This document shows, in pieces, positions 17,711 through 31,640 of a stretch of DNA of 64,000 nt. The DNA comes from the human T2T-CHM13v2.0 reference genome, Homo sapiens. The notes beneath the pieces are model-generated. The model searched no databases and was not told the DNA's origin. It saw only the letters and a program-made list of their open reading frames with translations. The DNA is taken from assembly GCF_009914755.1 (NCBI RefSeq), contig NC_060928.1; one strand, 5' to 3'. How positions within the stretch are numbered: position 1 is the first letter of the stretch; each line of letters starts with the position of its first letter. The position numbers and the translations under genes are program-made.

Positions 17711-19149
17711 GTAAGTAGAGTCTTATTTCCTAATTAAAGGGGTATAGTATGGCCAATTCTAGCTTTAGTATTTAATGGAAATATCAGCTTCTGGGTCTTT
17801 CAGTCCTTCAAACCTAAGGAAAAATTATTTTTAATTTTTTGTAAATTTTGAAAGTTGTTTATTAAATTTTTTGGCATTTTTGAAATTATTTGGCACACAG
17901 TGAGATCCTTAGTCCTTAGAGAAAATACAATTTTAATATATTTTTGTCTATAAGGAGAAGCTATGTATTTCTTAAAACAGTAAGATTCCTTTACTTAAAA
18001 AAAAAAAACCTCTGTTACTGGAGTGTTTGTTGTAGTTTTTGGAAACGTTAGGTACTTCTTAAAATACAAATAAATAATTATAAAAATCGGCTATTGGATT
18101 AACACTGGGAATAAACTATATGTTGAGTCATTTCTTTTCTTAGCAATAGCCCCTGGATATTCTTTTCTTTTTGAGACTATGGTCCAATAAACGTGATAAA
18201 GTATTTGCCTATTCATTTGATATTTTAATATTTTTGGTTTTATGTTTAATGATTAGGATGGATTCAAATATTAAAATAAATAGTTTTTAAATGTAGGAAG
18301 TAAATATCCAGTAAACGTGCTCTGTTCAGGTGTTTGACTTTTTAAAATTAGATTTAACATATCTACAGTTTTCAATACTCATTGTACAAAGGGGGCAAAA
18401 GTAATATTAATCGGTGCTTAATGATTTCCCCAAACATTACCATTGAACTTTTGCTTGTTTACCTCATCCATCTCTTAGACTTCATAAAGTCTATAAAAAG
18501 CAGAACTTTTAGCAGATTTGCCTTTTCTTTTCTAATAAAGCTGTTCATTCTAATTAACAAAGGCAATAGGAAGAACAAGGAGCTGTAAATGTAGATAGTG
18601 GACTGACTGTATAATCCTCAGCAGCCAGATACTGACCTGGTTATAAGAAACAAACAAAAGAGGTCTCAGCTTGAACACAAGGCAGCCCTTAAAAAAAAAG
18701 GGTCTCAGGTATTCTGTGCCTGTGTAACTGGCAGCAAGCTAATGTTGGGCTTGGGAAGGTTTGGTAAAGCAAATGAGTCTCTACAACACAAAGCAAAATT
18801 AGGACGTTGTTTATAATTTGGGGAGATAAAATATATTTAACGAGCCCCCTTTCTATATTGATTTTCAAGTTAGGGATAAATCTTCCCTCTGGATAAAGAA
18901 AAGTGATGATCAGTGCTTTCTATAAATTAGAATACATTCTAGGAAAAAGCAATTTTTCATTGCTTTTGAAAGATTATATCTAATGTTATAGTAATCGTCA
19001 AATATTAGGGAGTCTAACTTAACCAACTAAAGTGTTTTGTCATATTATCCATTGGGGGAAAAAATCACTCTCTCCTTCTCCAGCATACTGGGTAAAATCC
19101 TCTTAATATCCTCTTAAATAATATCTCTTAAATGCTGCTTCTTTTTCAG

Positions 19150-19239
19150 GTGTGTTGTGAAAGTTTGGAAGGTCAGACCTTTTTCTCCAAGAAGGACAAG
19201 CCCCTGTGTAAGAAACATGCTCATTCTGTGAATTTTTGA
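19150..19239 (+). CDS. PDLIM5: PDLIM5 last exon, coding part (end of LIM3, stop)
   Basis: Acceptor ctttttcag|; [29 protein letters not shown] then TGA at 19237-19239. Confidence 0.97.
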   Translation: MCCESLEGQTFFSKKDKPLCKKHAHSVNF

Positions 19240-19759
19240 AAGTCAACAGTTCAGGAGAAGAGAAGGAATTTGAAGAGAAAAAGGAAAATTAAAATTACTA
19301 ATTAATTTTTAGATTCAATATTTATATGGAGTTTTGAAAAATAATAGTGGCCCTGAAGGAATAAATTCCAGCTTTAAAAACCAAGTCTGAGGAAATATTT
19401 GGCTTCATAAAGTAAAGAGACGGTTTGGCATTTATTATTACTTTTTCCTGTATTTTATGCCCATAAAATAAGCTTTATAAAAACCAATTTCCTGATGGAC
19501 TATTAAATTCATCTTAGAATAAATTAGTGAAGAATTTAATTTTAGAATAAATAATCCAATCTGAAATAATTATACCTTCTTTCCTTGTTAGGTAGTTATG
19601 AGTAAATCTGCAAAAGGCAATGAAAATGCCTTAAATTTTATCAATAACAGAATTATTGTATTTAAAAAAAAACTAATACTTATCTTTAAAATAGTAAATA
19701 GGATTTTAAACAGAGAATTTTATCAGTAATAGGTGTCAGTTTTTAAAAAATTGCTTGTA

Positions 19760-20051
19760 GGCTGAGCGCGGTGGCTCACGCCTGTAATCCCAGCACTTTG
19801 GGAGGCCAAGGTGGGTGGACCACATGAGGTCAGGAGTTTGAGATCAGCCTGGCCAACATGGTGAAACCCCATCTCTACTAAAAATACAAAAATTAGCCGG
19901 ACGCAGTGGCACGCGCCTGTAATCCCAGCTACTCAAGAGGCTGAGGCACGAGAATCACTTGAACCCGGGAGGGAGAGGTTGCAGTGAGCCAAGATCGTAC
20001 CACTGCACTCCAGCCTGGGTGACAGAGTGAGACTCCGTCTCCAAAAAAAAA
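19760..20051 (+). mobile_element. AluS in the 3' UTR
   Basis: Full sense Alu; TSD ttgcttgta. Confidence 0.95.
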
Positions 20052-20372
20052 CTTTGCTTGTATATTATTTTTGCCTTACAGTGGATCATTCTAGTAGGAA
20101 AGGACAATAAGATTTTTTATCAAAATGTGTCATGCCAGTAAGAGATGTTATATTCTTTTCTTATTTCTTCCCCACCCAAAAATAAGCTACCATATAGCTT
20201 ATAAGTCTCAAATTTTTGCCTTTTACTAAAATGTGATTGTTTCTGTTCATTGTGTATGCTTCATCACCTATATTAGGCAAATTCCATTTTTTCCCTTGCG
20301 CTAAGGTAAAGATTTAATTAAATAATTTTGGCCTCTCATAGTTTTCTCTCTCTTTAAAGAGAATAAATAGAG

Positions 20373-20669
20373 GGCCAGGTGTGGTGGCTCACGCCTGTGA
20401 TCCCAGCACTTTGGGAGGCCAAGACGGGCGGATCATGAGGTCAAGAGATCAAGATCATCCTGGCCAACATGGTGAAACCCTGTCTCTACTAAAAATACAA
20501 AAATGAGCTGGGCATGGTGGGGCGTGCCTGTAGTCCCATGTACTTGGGAGGCTGAGGCAGGAAAATTCTTGAACCCAGGAGACGGAAGTTGCAGTGAGCT
20601 GAGATCACACCACTGCACTCCAGCCTGGTGACAGAGCAAGACTCCGGCTCTTAAAAAAAAAAAAAAAAA
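20373..20669 (+). mobile_element. AluSc-like in the 3' UTR
   Basis: Full sense Alu, A17 tail plus (AG)n; TSD agagaataaataga. Confidence 0.95.
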
Positions 20670-22461
20670 GAGAGAGAGAGAATAAATAGAAAAGAATGTG
20701 GCTGGGAATTGTGAATCAGAAGATTATACCCCCAATTTTTTTCAATCCCCTTTTCTCAAATAATAAATTAGTTAAATCAGTTTCTGAGTTATGCCACTGG
20801 CTGATGAAGAGTTGAGAGGTCTCTTTGCAGAATGATCTTTTTGTTTCGTTTTGTTTCTTCTTCTGCATTTAAAAATTAAAAGATTGGTTTGAGGATGTGA
20901 TGAAATTGAGACTTTTTGTGGTTTTCTCTCAATAATAAGTGAACCAATTTCAAATGTGATCACAAAGTTTGGAAAGCTTTTATTCACAGAGGTTGGGTAG
21001 TGTTGGGAGGGGAGTTTAATTACTCAGATTGGCCTGTTATTTGATTTCCTCCTTTGGGAAAAGAATTATGTAGATACCACATGGAGACAGGGAAACAATT
21101 GTGGTAAAACTGTGGATCCTGTTGCTATTTGCCCAGTGAGAAAACAGATTCTGGTATTTGATTTGGTTTTTCTCTTTGTTTCCAGAATGGATGAAAGTCC
21201 ATGAACCTCCTAAGTTATAATTTAAATTTGTTTGGGGCAAGGTGATTTTATAGTCGAGACAGAGCCCTAGGTCCTTCCTGCCCCATCACTCACTTACGAC
21301 ATCACTTCCATTGTGTGCATGTTTGTTATAGAGGAGGTTTTAGGCTACAATATTTGTTTAACCTCCCTAAGAACTTTCAAGGCATCTGTCCTGAAAGCTG
21401 TTAATTTATGGTCTAGCAGATTTATATTATATGCAGATAATAATTAACTGGGGATAAAAGAATGGCAAGGGGTGACACAAAGTAGCAAACTGAATACTTC
21501 TCCAATAGCAACCCCAAGCTACCTCCTCACCCTGCATCTTGGAGGGAGGCAGGAAATTTCTTTTGAAATAAAGTGCTGGAGCTGAATTCTGCATTATTTA
21601 TCGTTGCTGCTGAAACCACCTATAAAAGACTTGCTGGCTAATGTGCATTGTCATATAATGTACACTGTCACATCTTTACAGTCTCGTATGTTATAGAATA
21701 CAAAATAAGTTGATGGTTTTGTTTGGTGTGAGCTTTTTGTTTGTTTGTTTAGTTTTGCCTTCATAGGTTATATGCCAAGATAGTATTTGATAAGTCAATG
21801 ACATTTGGATGTTTTCTTCAAAGAATTTTATTTGACCCAGATTTCTTATAAAGTTATCTTACATTAAGGATGTCATTTTCATCAGACCTTCTTTCTACAT
21901 ATTATTCATGAAGCATAATGTTGCATTTCTCCAAATTTTATGCCTGAAAGGGTAGTGTTGCTTCCTAAGGTATCATGTTGTCTTTGTGCTTTGTCCATCT
22001 CTTCCGTGGCGAAGCTTTATATCTGTTCCTAAAACAGTTAATCCTGTGAAATAAATATTGAACATAATCCAGAAGAATCTCTCTATTTCCCTTGGGGAAT
22101 GCCATATTTAATTCACCAGCAGTAATCCTTTAATAACTGGCAGAGCACTTTATTCTTCTGGTGAGCTCCCTGAATATTTATTTTTCTGATTATAAATTTT
22201 CTATATTAGTAGCATTTTTTAATTATTACTTCTTCACTATAGAGCATTTACTTTTAGTCTCTAGATGTATATTTTGGAATGCTGTACTTGGCATAACATA
22301 GATTAAAATCATAATGCATGACTAAAAACTCCTTGGATTTATTTCCCATTTTAAAATTTTTAGCGGTAAGTTCAGATTTATAATCTTTCTCTAGACTTCC
22401 ATGGTCTGAATGTTGCCTGCTGAAGTAGCAACCTAAAAAGTATCCCCTGCTTATGCTTCTC

Positions 22462-22797
22462 CAGTTGGCCCTCCATGTCCATAGGCTTCGCATCTGTGAT
22501 TCAGCCCACTGTGGGTCAAAAATATTTGGGGAAAAAAATGGATGGTTGCGCCTTTGCTGAACATGTACAAACTTTTTTTTGTCATTAAACAATATAGTAT
22601 AACAACTATTTACAAAGCATTTACATTGTATTAGCTATTATAGGTAATCTAGAGATGATTTAAAGTGTATGGTAGGATGTGCACAGGTTATATGCAAATA
22701 CTACACCATTTTCTATAAGGGACTTGAACATCATGGACTTTAGTATCCTAGGGGGTTCTTGGAACCCATCACCCATAGGGGCACCATAGGACAACTA
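22462..22797 (-). mobile_element. MER2 (Tigger-family MITE) in the 3' UTR
   Basis: TIR-like cagttggccctc / ggacaacta; internal taatctagagatgatttaaagt, ggttatatgcaaatactacaccatttt. Confidence 0.85.
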
Positions 22798-23356
22798 TAG
22801 TACCGTGTTTATTTCCTATTAATTCAGGTTCCGTTTAGAGTCTAAAACTAAAACCTAATCATTTAGTCACAGTGTAAAAACAAATGGAAATAACAGCTCA
22901 AATCTTCAAAATATTACTATAGCATTATGTTTAAAATAATCTACAACAAAAATGTACCATTTTCAAGCAGTACTACATTAGGAGCCCTTTTATAGAAAAT
23001 AATTTCTTCTTTACCCCCGTTCCAGTGTGAATCTAGTATTCTGTTAACATTTGTGTGGCATTTGGAGTTTGTCATCCCCATTGAAGGGAGAGCCTTCTCA
23101 GACATGAAGCAAGGGAAACATACTGAATAGTTTTACACAAATTTGATCTGGCTTCCATTTGTCCCCCTCATTTCCCAAATGTTTAAATGTATTGGATTTG
23201 GATTCTCAATGTATAAGTTGCCTTATCTGTTAATGTCTATCTTCTGTCTCTTTAATTTTGTATATCTGCTGTTTTGCTTTTGGATACATTTTCTAATTAG
23301 AAGTCACATGATAAATATAATCAGTATAGTAATAATACCATAATGTGCACATACTC

Positions 23357-23415
23357 AATAAATAAATGACTGCATTGTTGTAAATGAGCTCTCCTTTTTG
23401 TTGTTGTTGGTTGGC
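23357..23415 (+). terminator. Distal polyadenylation site of PDLIM5
   Basis: Overlapping AATAAATAAA at 23357-23366, likely cleavage near 23385, then GU/U-rich ctcctttttgttgttgttggttgg. Confidence 0.85.
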
Positions 23416-26074
23416 GAGTGGTTTCCATCAAGTCATCATGGGAAAATAATCAAGTTCCATATTCACAGGTTAGGATAGGATGTAATGATTCTCAGAAGAA
23501 CCCTTCTAGTATGATATTTGCTTATCAAAATGTCTCAGAAACAAAATATTTGAAAATACTGTCACATTTATTGTATTTCTCTCTGTTCTTATGCCGTGCA
23601 TGTAGAATGTACCCAATGTTTATGAATTAATAGATAAATAAGGTCTATTGTCTTTTGAAAATATTTATTGCTGAAATGATTTATTGGAACAACCTGTCAT
23701 ATCAAACATCATATTAGAACATAATCAAAGAACATAAATCATCATCCATATTTCCACATTTTGCATTAGATATTGGGATGCTTAACTCATCTCAATCTCA
23801 TTAACTGACTATTCCACAACTAGGTAGGCTCACCTCTGCCTCATTTGTTTATTAGTTTAAGATATTTTTCCAACTGTATAAAGTTAAGACAGATGTTTCT
23901 GTTGCACGCTCTATGTTGGGAATAAAAGAGAAATTCAAGTCTATTTGCTCACAGTATATTAAACTCCAGAAGCCAAACTTTTAAGAGCATCAAGTCTGCA
24001 TCTGACATTTTAATAGCTGCTGTTTGGTTTCTATCAATCACGTCAGTGCACATTAAAATGCACCGACAAAATAAGAGATCTGTCATTCCTTCGTTAAGAA
24101 ACAGTAATCCAGTACAAGATTTATAGGCTTAAGTCTCAACCGTGTGTTCACAATAAATCCCCATTCAATGCTCAAACCAGAGCAAGCCTCCCTGTCGTTC
24201 AGTGTTTTCTAGTCGAAATGTCCCCAATATAAGATTATCAAAGGTTTTCTTACAGAACTACATATAAAATCCTTTTGCCAGCAAAAGCTTAATTTGGATT
24301 GGCGGTTTCCCTTTTTGGGTATGCTCAGACAAGATCTTGGTTATATCAGAAACACATAGGTACTGATGTATTATTAGCAGGCCTGGTGTTAATTAGGGAG
24401 AATTACCAGAAATAGTTTGCTTCGTGGAAATTTATTGCAGAATCACACTTGACTGATGGCAGAATAGGAGTTGCTGAGAGAGAGCAGCTCCCACTCATAA
24501 CCACTAATTAATAGGGTGCCAAAATTCCGCAGAGAAAGTTTCATCCCAAGTGTGGGAGCCTCCCAGGGAAAATGGTTCTTTTGCAGTATTTAAAATTTAA
24601 CAGAGGAAAGGTGCTAGGACACATGGCTACCTAACAGAAATCTCAGACTGATATGGTTTTGTGTTGTACGTATGAATGAGAGGATTTAACTCAGTAAGTA
24701 CCGGGCCCAAATGTTGCCTGTGTATTTATCGTATATGGAGATATGCATATTATTTTTAATGCGGCAAGTGCCTGATTTGCCAAACTATTCATTTTCTGAG
24801 GAGAATTTACAGGACTGTATACCATTTGTCTATAGTATTATATTACAGAACTTTTGATTCTGTGATTTAGAATCTGTCTGGGTAGGTGGCAAGATTGCAT
24901 CAATGATTAATAAGAAAGGTGTAGCCTTCATACCTTGAACACAGGGTTGGGGAAAAGTGAGATGCATTTTGTGATTTTCGCTAAAGGTAGAGCACTAGGG
25001 GAGCCCTTTTAAATAGAAGTTTGCCAAGAAGGCAATTTTTTTATTTTGTCCTGTCTGTGACTGCATGTAATAACACACAATAAAGCTTGGAGCTGTTGTT
25101 TAGTGTAGAATGGGATATTTCCATGTCCGAAAACCACTTGTCTGACCTTGGGGAGATAAATAAAGCAATTTAGAATTCTCAGGGAGTATAATTTTTCAAT
25201 TTCTCAAATATGGTAAATACAGTTCCCAAGGAAAATGACTTCTATGCCAGGTCCTTGAGTTGATTGACACGGTCTCTTATGCATCTGTGTTTCAAAGGAC
25301 AAAGTTTCTGCTCTTTCTGTCTGAAGTTTTCTAATTGGGTTCCAAATTATTTTTCATCTTCATATTCTAAACTGTCATGTTTGCTCTCTAGTTCAAATAT
25401 AATGATTTTTTTTCCTTTTTCCTCTTTTTTCCTTGTTTCTTTTGTTTGTAAAGCACACACAACTGGTGCTATTCTAACTTACTCAAAAATACCATTGTTT
25501 CTTTGTTTTAAAGTATTTTAGTAGACTATAATACCTTCAGGTGTGTCTTGAATTTTCTACCCTAGTTTATTACTAATATGCCCGTTTGTTCCCTTGGTAA
25601 ATGAGAAAGTAAATAGAACTCCAGTTACATCATAGCAATATTAGTTTTGGCATAATAAAACTGCTTACTTAACCTATATTGATGTCATCTAACCCCGGAA
25701 GCTTTCTCTATCCCTGTTTCCTTGAGAATCCTGACAATTTTAGCCTCCTTAATTGAATGAAACGGAGAGCAGAGGAATCCATGGAGCTTTTCAAGTATGA
25801 ACTTTGAAATATAAGTTAAATTAATTCCAGCTTAATTAACTGGAACTTACCATTCATTCTGCTTTGCTAAATTACTATGCTACTGCTTAGTGATTTTTCT
25901 AATACCATTATAAATGCTTTGAATTCTCCTGCCCCTAGAAAAGATAAATTGATCTGAATCTCTTATAGTTTGTTTGTGCCTGTATGTGGGAAGTTCTGGA
26001 TGACCTTTGACTGTATCAACGTAGATTATAATCGAGAATATAAATTACAGCTGAGGGGGAAAAGTGGTTACTCC

Positions 26075-26771
26075 TGGTAGATCAATCTGGATGCAATCAG
26101 GAGGACAGAAATCACAAAATAACTTAGAGTCTAGTATAAGGAATTATTAAGCTGTGATAGGAGAGTAACTAAAAATATGAAGTGACCTCTAAAGGACAGC
26201 CTGGGGCTGAGAGAGGACCCAAAGAAGACAAGCTTAGAAGGAGATGCCCTCCTCATGGCTGGGGGTAGGACCTTTTTGGAGAAAGTGGTTTCAGCCCACT
26301 AAATAATAGTTCTCTGTGTTGTTGAGGTTCCGCGGACAAGGCAACAATTCTCTGGAATGCAGACAAGATTGATGGGTGAGTGCACAAAAAGAGTTGGGTG
26401 CCGCTGTGGGCACAGGCCTGGAATACACAGTACCCATGTCATGAAGCAAGGTGATGTGAAGTTCCTAAGGTGATGTGAAGGCCCCAGCCCGGGATGTGAA
26501 GTTCCTGAGGGTCTGTGCACTCTGGAAGCACAGCTGGGGCAGAACTCCACCAGTTGTCTCCACACACATGTGCTCTGATGGACCACACAGAAAAAAACAA
26601 ATGCAACACCTAGATCCAGGAAGAGAGGCCCCTTCTGGAATAGTCCTTCTGCTACCTTGGGACAAAGCATCATGATCACTGTAAAGTAGAAATGATTAAT
26701 ATCACAAAGTTGGTACTGAAGAGTAAATGGTGCAATTTGGATGTGCAAGTCAGTAAATTGATAATTGGCAC
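26075..26771. mobile_element. Ancient LTR (LTR78-like)
   Basis: caatcaggaggacagaaatcac start and gtaaattgataattggcac end resemble recalled LTR78; highly diverged. Confidence 0.5.
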
Positions 26772-28462
26772 TCTTGAATGCAAAATAGAAACTAGATTCT
26801 CAACTATACTGAAGCTTCCATTATCCAGAATGTCACTGCATATACTTGGTGAATTATAAAGTCAAACAAGAAATTCTTCTAACTTTGTCCTTTCTTGTCA
26901 AAAATCCTCTCATTAATATGCTTTCAATGTGCAAAGTAAACAACGTTGCATTGATTGTGTTTTTCAAGGTCTAAATATTCAGTATAACTAGTCCTGAATA
27001 TTTAAGAGATTTAGTTGGATGTATATAAGATATAACTGAAGGTTCTTTTTTCTTTTTTAGTTCATTTTGTTTTACTGTAATGCTTTTCCTACAGTTAAAA
27101 TGAGTAAAACATTCTTAATTGAAGGCTTATGTTAGTTAACTGTGATTTCAGTTTATAGAAGCTTTTCTATATAAACTCCAGTCCTTGTCATAGAGAAAAA
27201 AAAATGAATGATTTTCATATTTAGCAATAGAAAGCAAGGAGATTAACAAGTTCCCCCTTCACAATAAACTAAACCATGAAGGGCTCAAGCCCAGCAGATC
27301 TATAATGACAGCTTACATTTGTTGTATTGTCTTTGTAATTTGTGTGCTATATTACTTGGTACACTAGTATACTGTAAAGTTCTAAATTGGAGAAACTCTG
27401 AGAGTCAAGTATTTTTAAATCTACATTTTACAGATGAGAAAATGGAAACTCAGCGAAATGAGTCTCTAAAAACAGTTATTAAAGCAAATCTGAGACTTAG
27501 ACTTTCTAATAGCCCAGGAAGGAAATTTATTACTTTATCCACATTCCCTTAAGGTCCTTCTTATTAATAAGGGACAATTCCCATATATTAAGTTGGTAAA
27601 GGATATTGTTAAAAAGTATTTAGTTTTGCTACAGTATGTAAAACTTAAAGACTGTCTCTGTATGACTTGTGCAGTTGCCTGCTACACAGATGTCAATATC
27701 TGTGAGGTTTGCAATTGGACCATCTGTTCTTCAAGGGTATTTGTGAATTGATAGTCCTCTCTGCAACGCACCATTTGCTGTTCTTTGTGTTTTCACTACA
27801 TTTCACAGTCTATACACTGTGGATATAAAACAACCACAGAAATAAGGAGAGAAAGTTGATTTGAAGTGTGGATAACGCCAAATGTGGTATCAAACAAATT
27901 AGAAGACTGTAGGAAATCCAATTAAAATTACTTTCACACAGCAAGGTCAATAATACCTATTTATAAGATGTTGGAAAAACAGGTCAGAATGGTTGACACC
28001 CAGTTAATTGTTACCTTTCCTGTTTGATGGATTTAGTTCCAGACTGTGAGTCTGAAAAATGAAGGATGGAAAAGATGAGACCTCCATGAGAGGGGAGAGA
28101 AACTGCATGTATGCCCAATTATATTGACAAGGTTGCATAAGATTCTTGGTTTTATTCAATTGAAATAAAATCTCTCTACTATTTGGTAATGACAGGCACC
28201 ACTGCTAAGTCCACTGAAGCATAGCTGGAAAATCCAGCTGCCCTCACATCTGTTTTGCATGACCTTTTAATCATCAGCAAATACTTCTGCCACTAGGAAT
28301 GGAAGTCTGGGTAGGATATGGCTATGTGACTTTCTAAGCTATAGCTATGGAAAACATTGAAACAAAATTCACGCATGCCGTGTACTGTGCCCAGAAATTG
28401 TAGACTTGTCTGGGTGGTGTTAAGGATTTGACCTATTGAGAGTACTCACACCTGCTTCTTAC

Positions 28463-29832
28463 ATTCAAGTTGTTAATCCTTCGTTCAGAAAAGGAGACAT
28501 ATTAGGAAATATGTGAATGGACTGCTGTGACTTAAATCTTAAGTGTTTAGGCTCTTAAACTGGTTCAAACTAAAATAACATTGATGAAATAGTGTTTTAG
28601 ACTTCTGTTACATTTATTATATTTCGGAAACCTGTGTGAGTTGACTTTACTCTCATTTAAGATCTAGGACTTTGTTGGAACGCTTGCCTGAGTTCTAAGT
28701 TGTAACAAAGGGTCCTGAAAATATTTAGTTACCCAAAATTTTAAAAACAAAAAAAAAATCACTGAAGAATCTCTCCTGAAAGGATTGTAATAAAGTTCAC
28801 TCTCCTACCAATAAATTTCATTCTCACACCAGTATGATGGGTAGCCAATGGAATATGTTCAAGGATTACAGTTTATCTCAAAACCAACTTAAACTGCTAT
28901 TAAAGTAGAAGCATTAACCAGTAGTAATTGAATGTAACAATTATATGTAAATATAACAGTCAAATTCTTAAAAGGAAAAGATCTTGTTTATCTTTTCCTT
29001 TTATGCTTAACACCTGTATGCTTAACACAGGTCCTGGCATTTAAAAACCCACCTGAGCATGAATCTTGATGATACTCAGGTTGAATTTATATGTAGGAGT
29101 GCCACAGACTGGCTAATAATTTGGATCCCTTTCAAGTCAATTATGTTGCTTTGTTAAATTATTATTCCACATTTGTGTAGAGGGAAGACCGAGCACTTTG
29201 TCGTGAGGAGGGAGGAAATAGAGAATAACTGGGAACAAAGATCAGTCTGTTAAGTACTCTGATCACCTAGCTCTGCCCCACACTTTCCCCTGACACTCAG
29301 GAAAGTGGCCCTTGACCAGGAATTACCTGGTGTTGCTCCACAATCTCTCTTAGGAGTCTCAATCCCTGACTCTAAGCTGCTTATCAGAATAGCACATCCA
29401 GCCCCACAAAGTTCTCTCACCAAGAACCACCCTGTCATTTCCATCTTGTAATGTTTCCAGCAATGTCTTAGAGCTTCTCATGGACTGGCACCCTGGGCAA
29501 TTGTCCAGTTGATCAACTCTAACCAATATTCCCTCACTTAGGAATCTTCTGGCCTTGGAAAAACTACGTAACTTGGTTGAACCTGCATTTCTTCATTAGT
29601 GTGTCCCCTCATCATCTTAGAGGATAATACTCAGTCTTGAAGAACCATAGTGACACAAATGAGATAGTGCGTGTGAAACTACCAGAGCTTCAGACAACAT
29701 ATTCAGCCCTTTTTCCTAGAATACAGATGAGGTGTTACTCAAAAAACAAATTCAAATTTTTAATCTTTTGTTCAGAAAATGAGACATATTAGGAAATACA
29801 TGAATGGATTGCTATTGCTTAAATCTTAAGTG
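28463..29832 (+). repeat. 83-bp direct duplication (28463-28545 and 29750-29832)
   Basis: Manual alignment 72/83 identical, no indels. Confidence 0.92.
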
Positions 29833-30066
29833 ATCCCAAATAAATTGGGGATTACCATCAACTGTCTTATCTCAGATATTCATAATACATCTTTAAGCTG
29901 AGTAGTCGTGCACAGTTTTAGCTACATATTTCGAAAATATATTTGACCATGCACACTTTACTTAAAGAACACCTATTCTACATAATGCAATTTGGGAAAC
30001 ACTGGTTTATCCCTTCTGTTTGTTTAGGGTGAATGTCCTGAGTTGTGCCTCTCTTCACATTTTAGA

Positions 30067-30452
30067 CCAGTGGTTCTCAAACTTTGGTTTACATCAGAAT
30101 CTTCTGGGGGGCTTCTTAAAATTGGATTGCTGGGCCAACCCCCAGAGTTTCTGATTTAGAAGGTCTGGAGCAGGATGAAACTCTGCATCTCCAACGAGTT
30201 CCCAGGTGAAGCTGATCCTGCTGGTCTGGGAGCACTCTTTGGGAAGCACCTGTTCTAGATTTAGACCAACACTTCTCACCTTAGTATGCGAACAAAGGAC
30301 CTGGGGATTGTGTTCAATGACTCACCTGGGGCCCACCTCCAGATATTCTGATTCAGCTGGAGTGGAGTGGGGCCAATACGTGTGCATTTCCGGCAAGCTC
30401 CCAGATGATGCTGGTGCTTCTGGTCCACAGACCACACTTGAGAGTCTGGCTT
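30067..30452 (+). mobile_element. Two tandem MER5-type hAT MITEs (~30067-30251 and ~30265-30452)
   Basis: cagtggttctcaaactt, ttctgattYag, tgcatYtc, cccagRtga motifs; each preceded by atttagacca. Confidence 0.8.
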
Positions 30453-31023
30453 AGATATCACAAAACAGAATGCTGAGGAACCTTGTGAGCCTGAAGGTAA
30501 AGCCCAATGTTTTCTCTCCTCCTCTGGAGTCTAAAATCAGGGAATCATGCTTCGATTTTAGATACATAGAAAAGTATGATCTGCTCTGAGAACTTTGCAA
30601 GGCTTTTTCATCATTTTTTTTTTCTTTTAGAATTTCTATGACACTAGTGAAAAGTAAAACTGGTACAACAGATCCTGCATGGGCTGTTGGCGGAGCCAGA
30701 ACACTAAATGCCAGCAATGGATGTAAGCCCTGCAAGGGAATTTGGAATTCAGTTTAATCTTAATGGTAGATTTTTTTCATCATTCCACATTAGGAATGCT
30801 CATTTCTCTAATATTTAACAATAAACCTCATGGAAGTGTGGCAGGAGTGAGTTACAGAGGAGCATGCACTGAGTCAGAGGCAATGGATTTGTGTCTTTGG
30901 CCTGCTGGTCACTTAATATTTTTCTGATACTGCAAAAGTCACTTGACCGGGTTTGAACAGAGCTTTCTTCTCTATAAAAATTGACTAGATTGGTAGGTCT
31001 TCTACCGTTCTTTCATAACTCTT

Positions 31024-31640
<617 letters not shown>

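Larger units (their letters stand above)
19240..23387 (+). other. PDLIM5: PDLIM5 long 3' UTR (end approximate)
   Basis: AT-rich sequence from the stop codon to the strongest poly(A) signal with a downstream GU/U element; several proximal AATAAA hexamers. Confidence 0.8.

Noticed and set aside
26299-26748. 149-aa ORF and gatgtgaag repeats at 26451-26510
   Set aside because: Lies within a decayed LTR-like element; the three short imperfect repeats are slippage products, not a CRISPR-like array.
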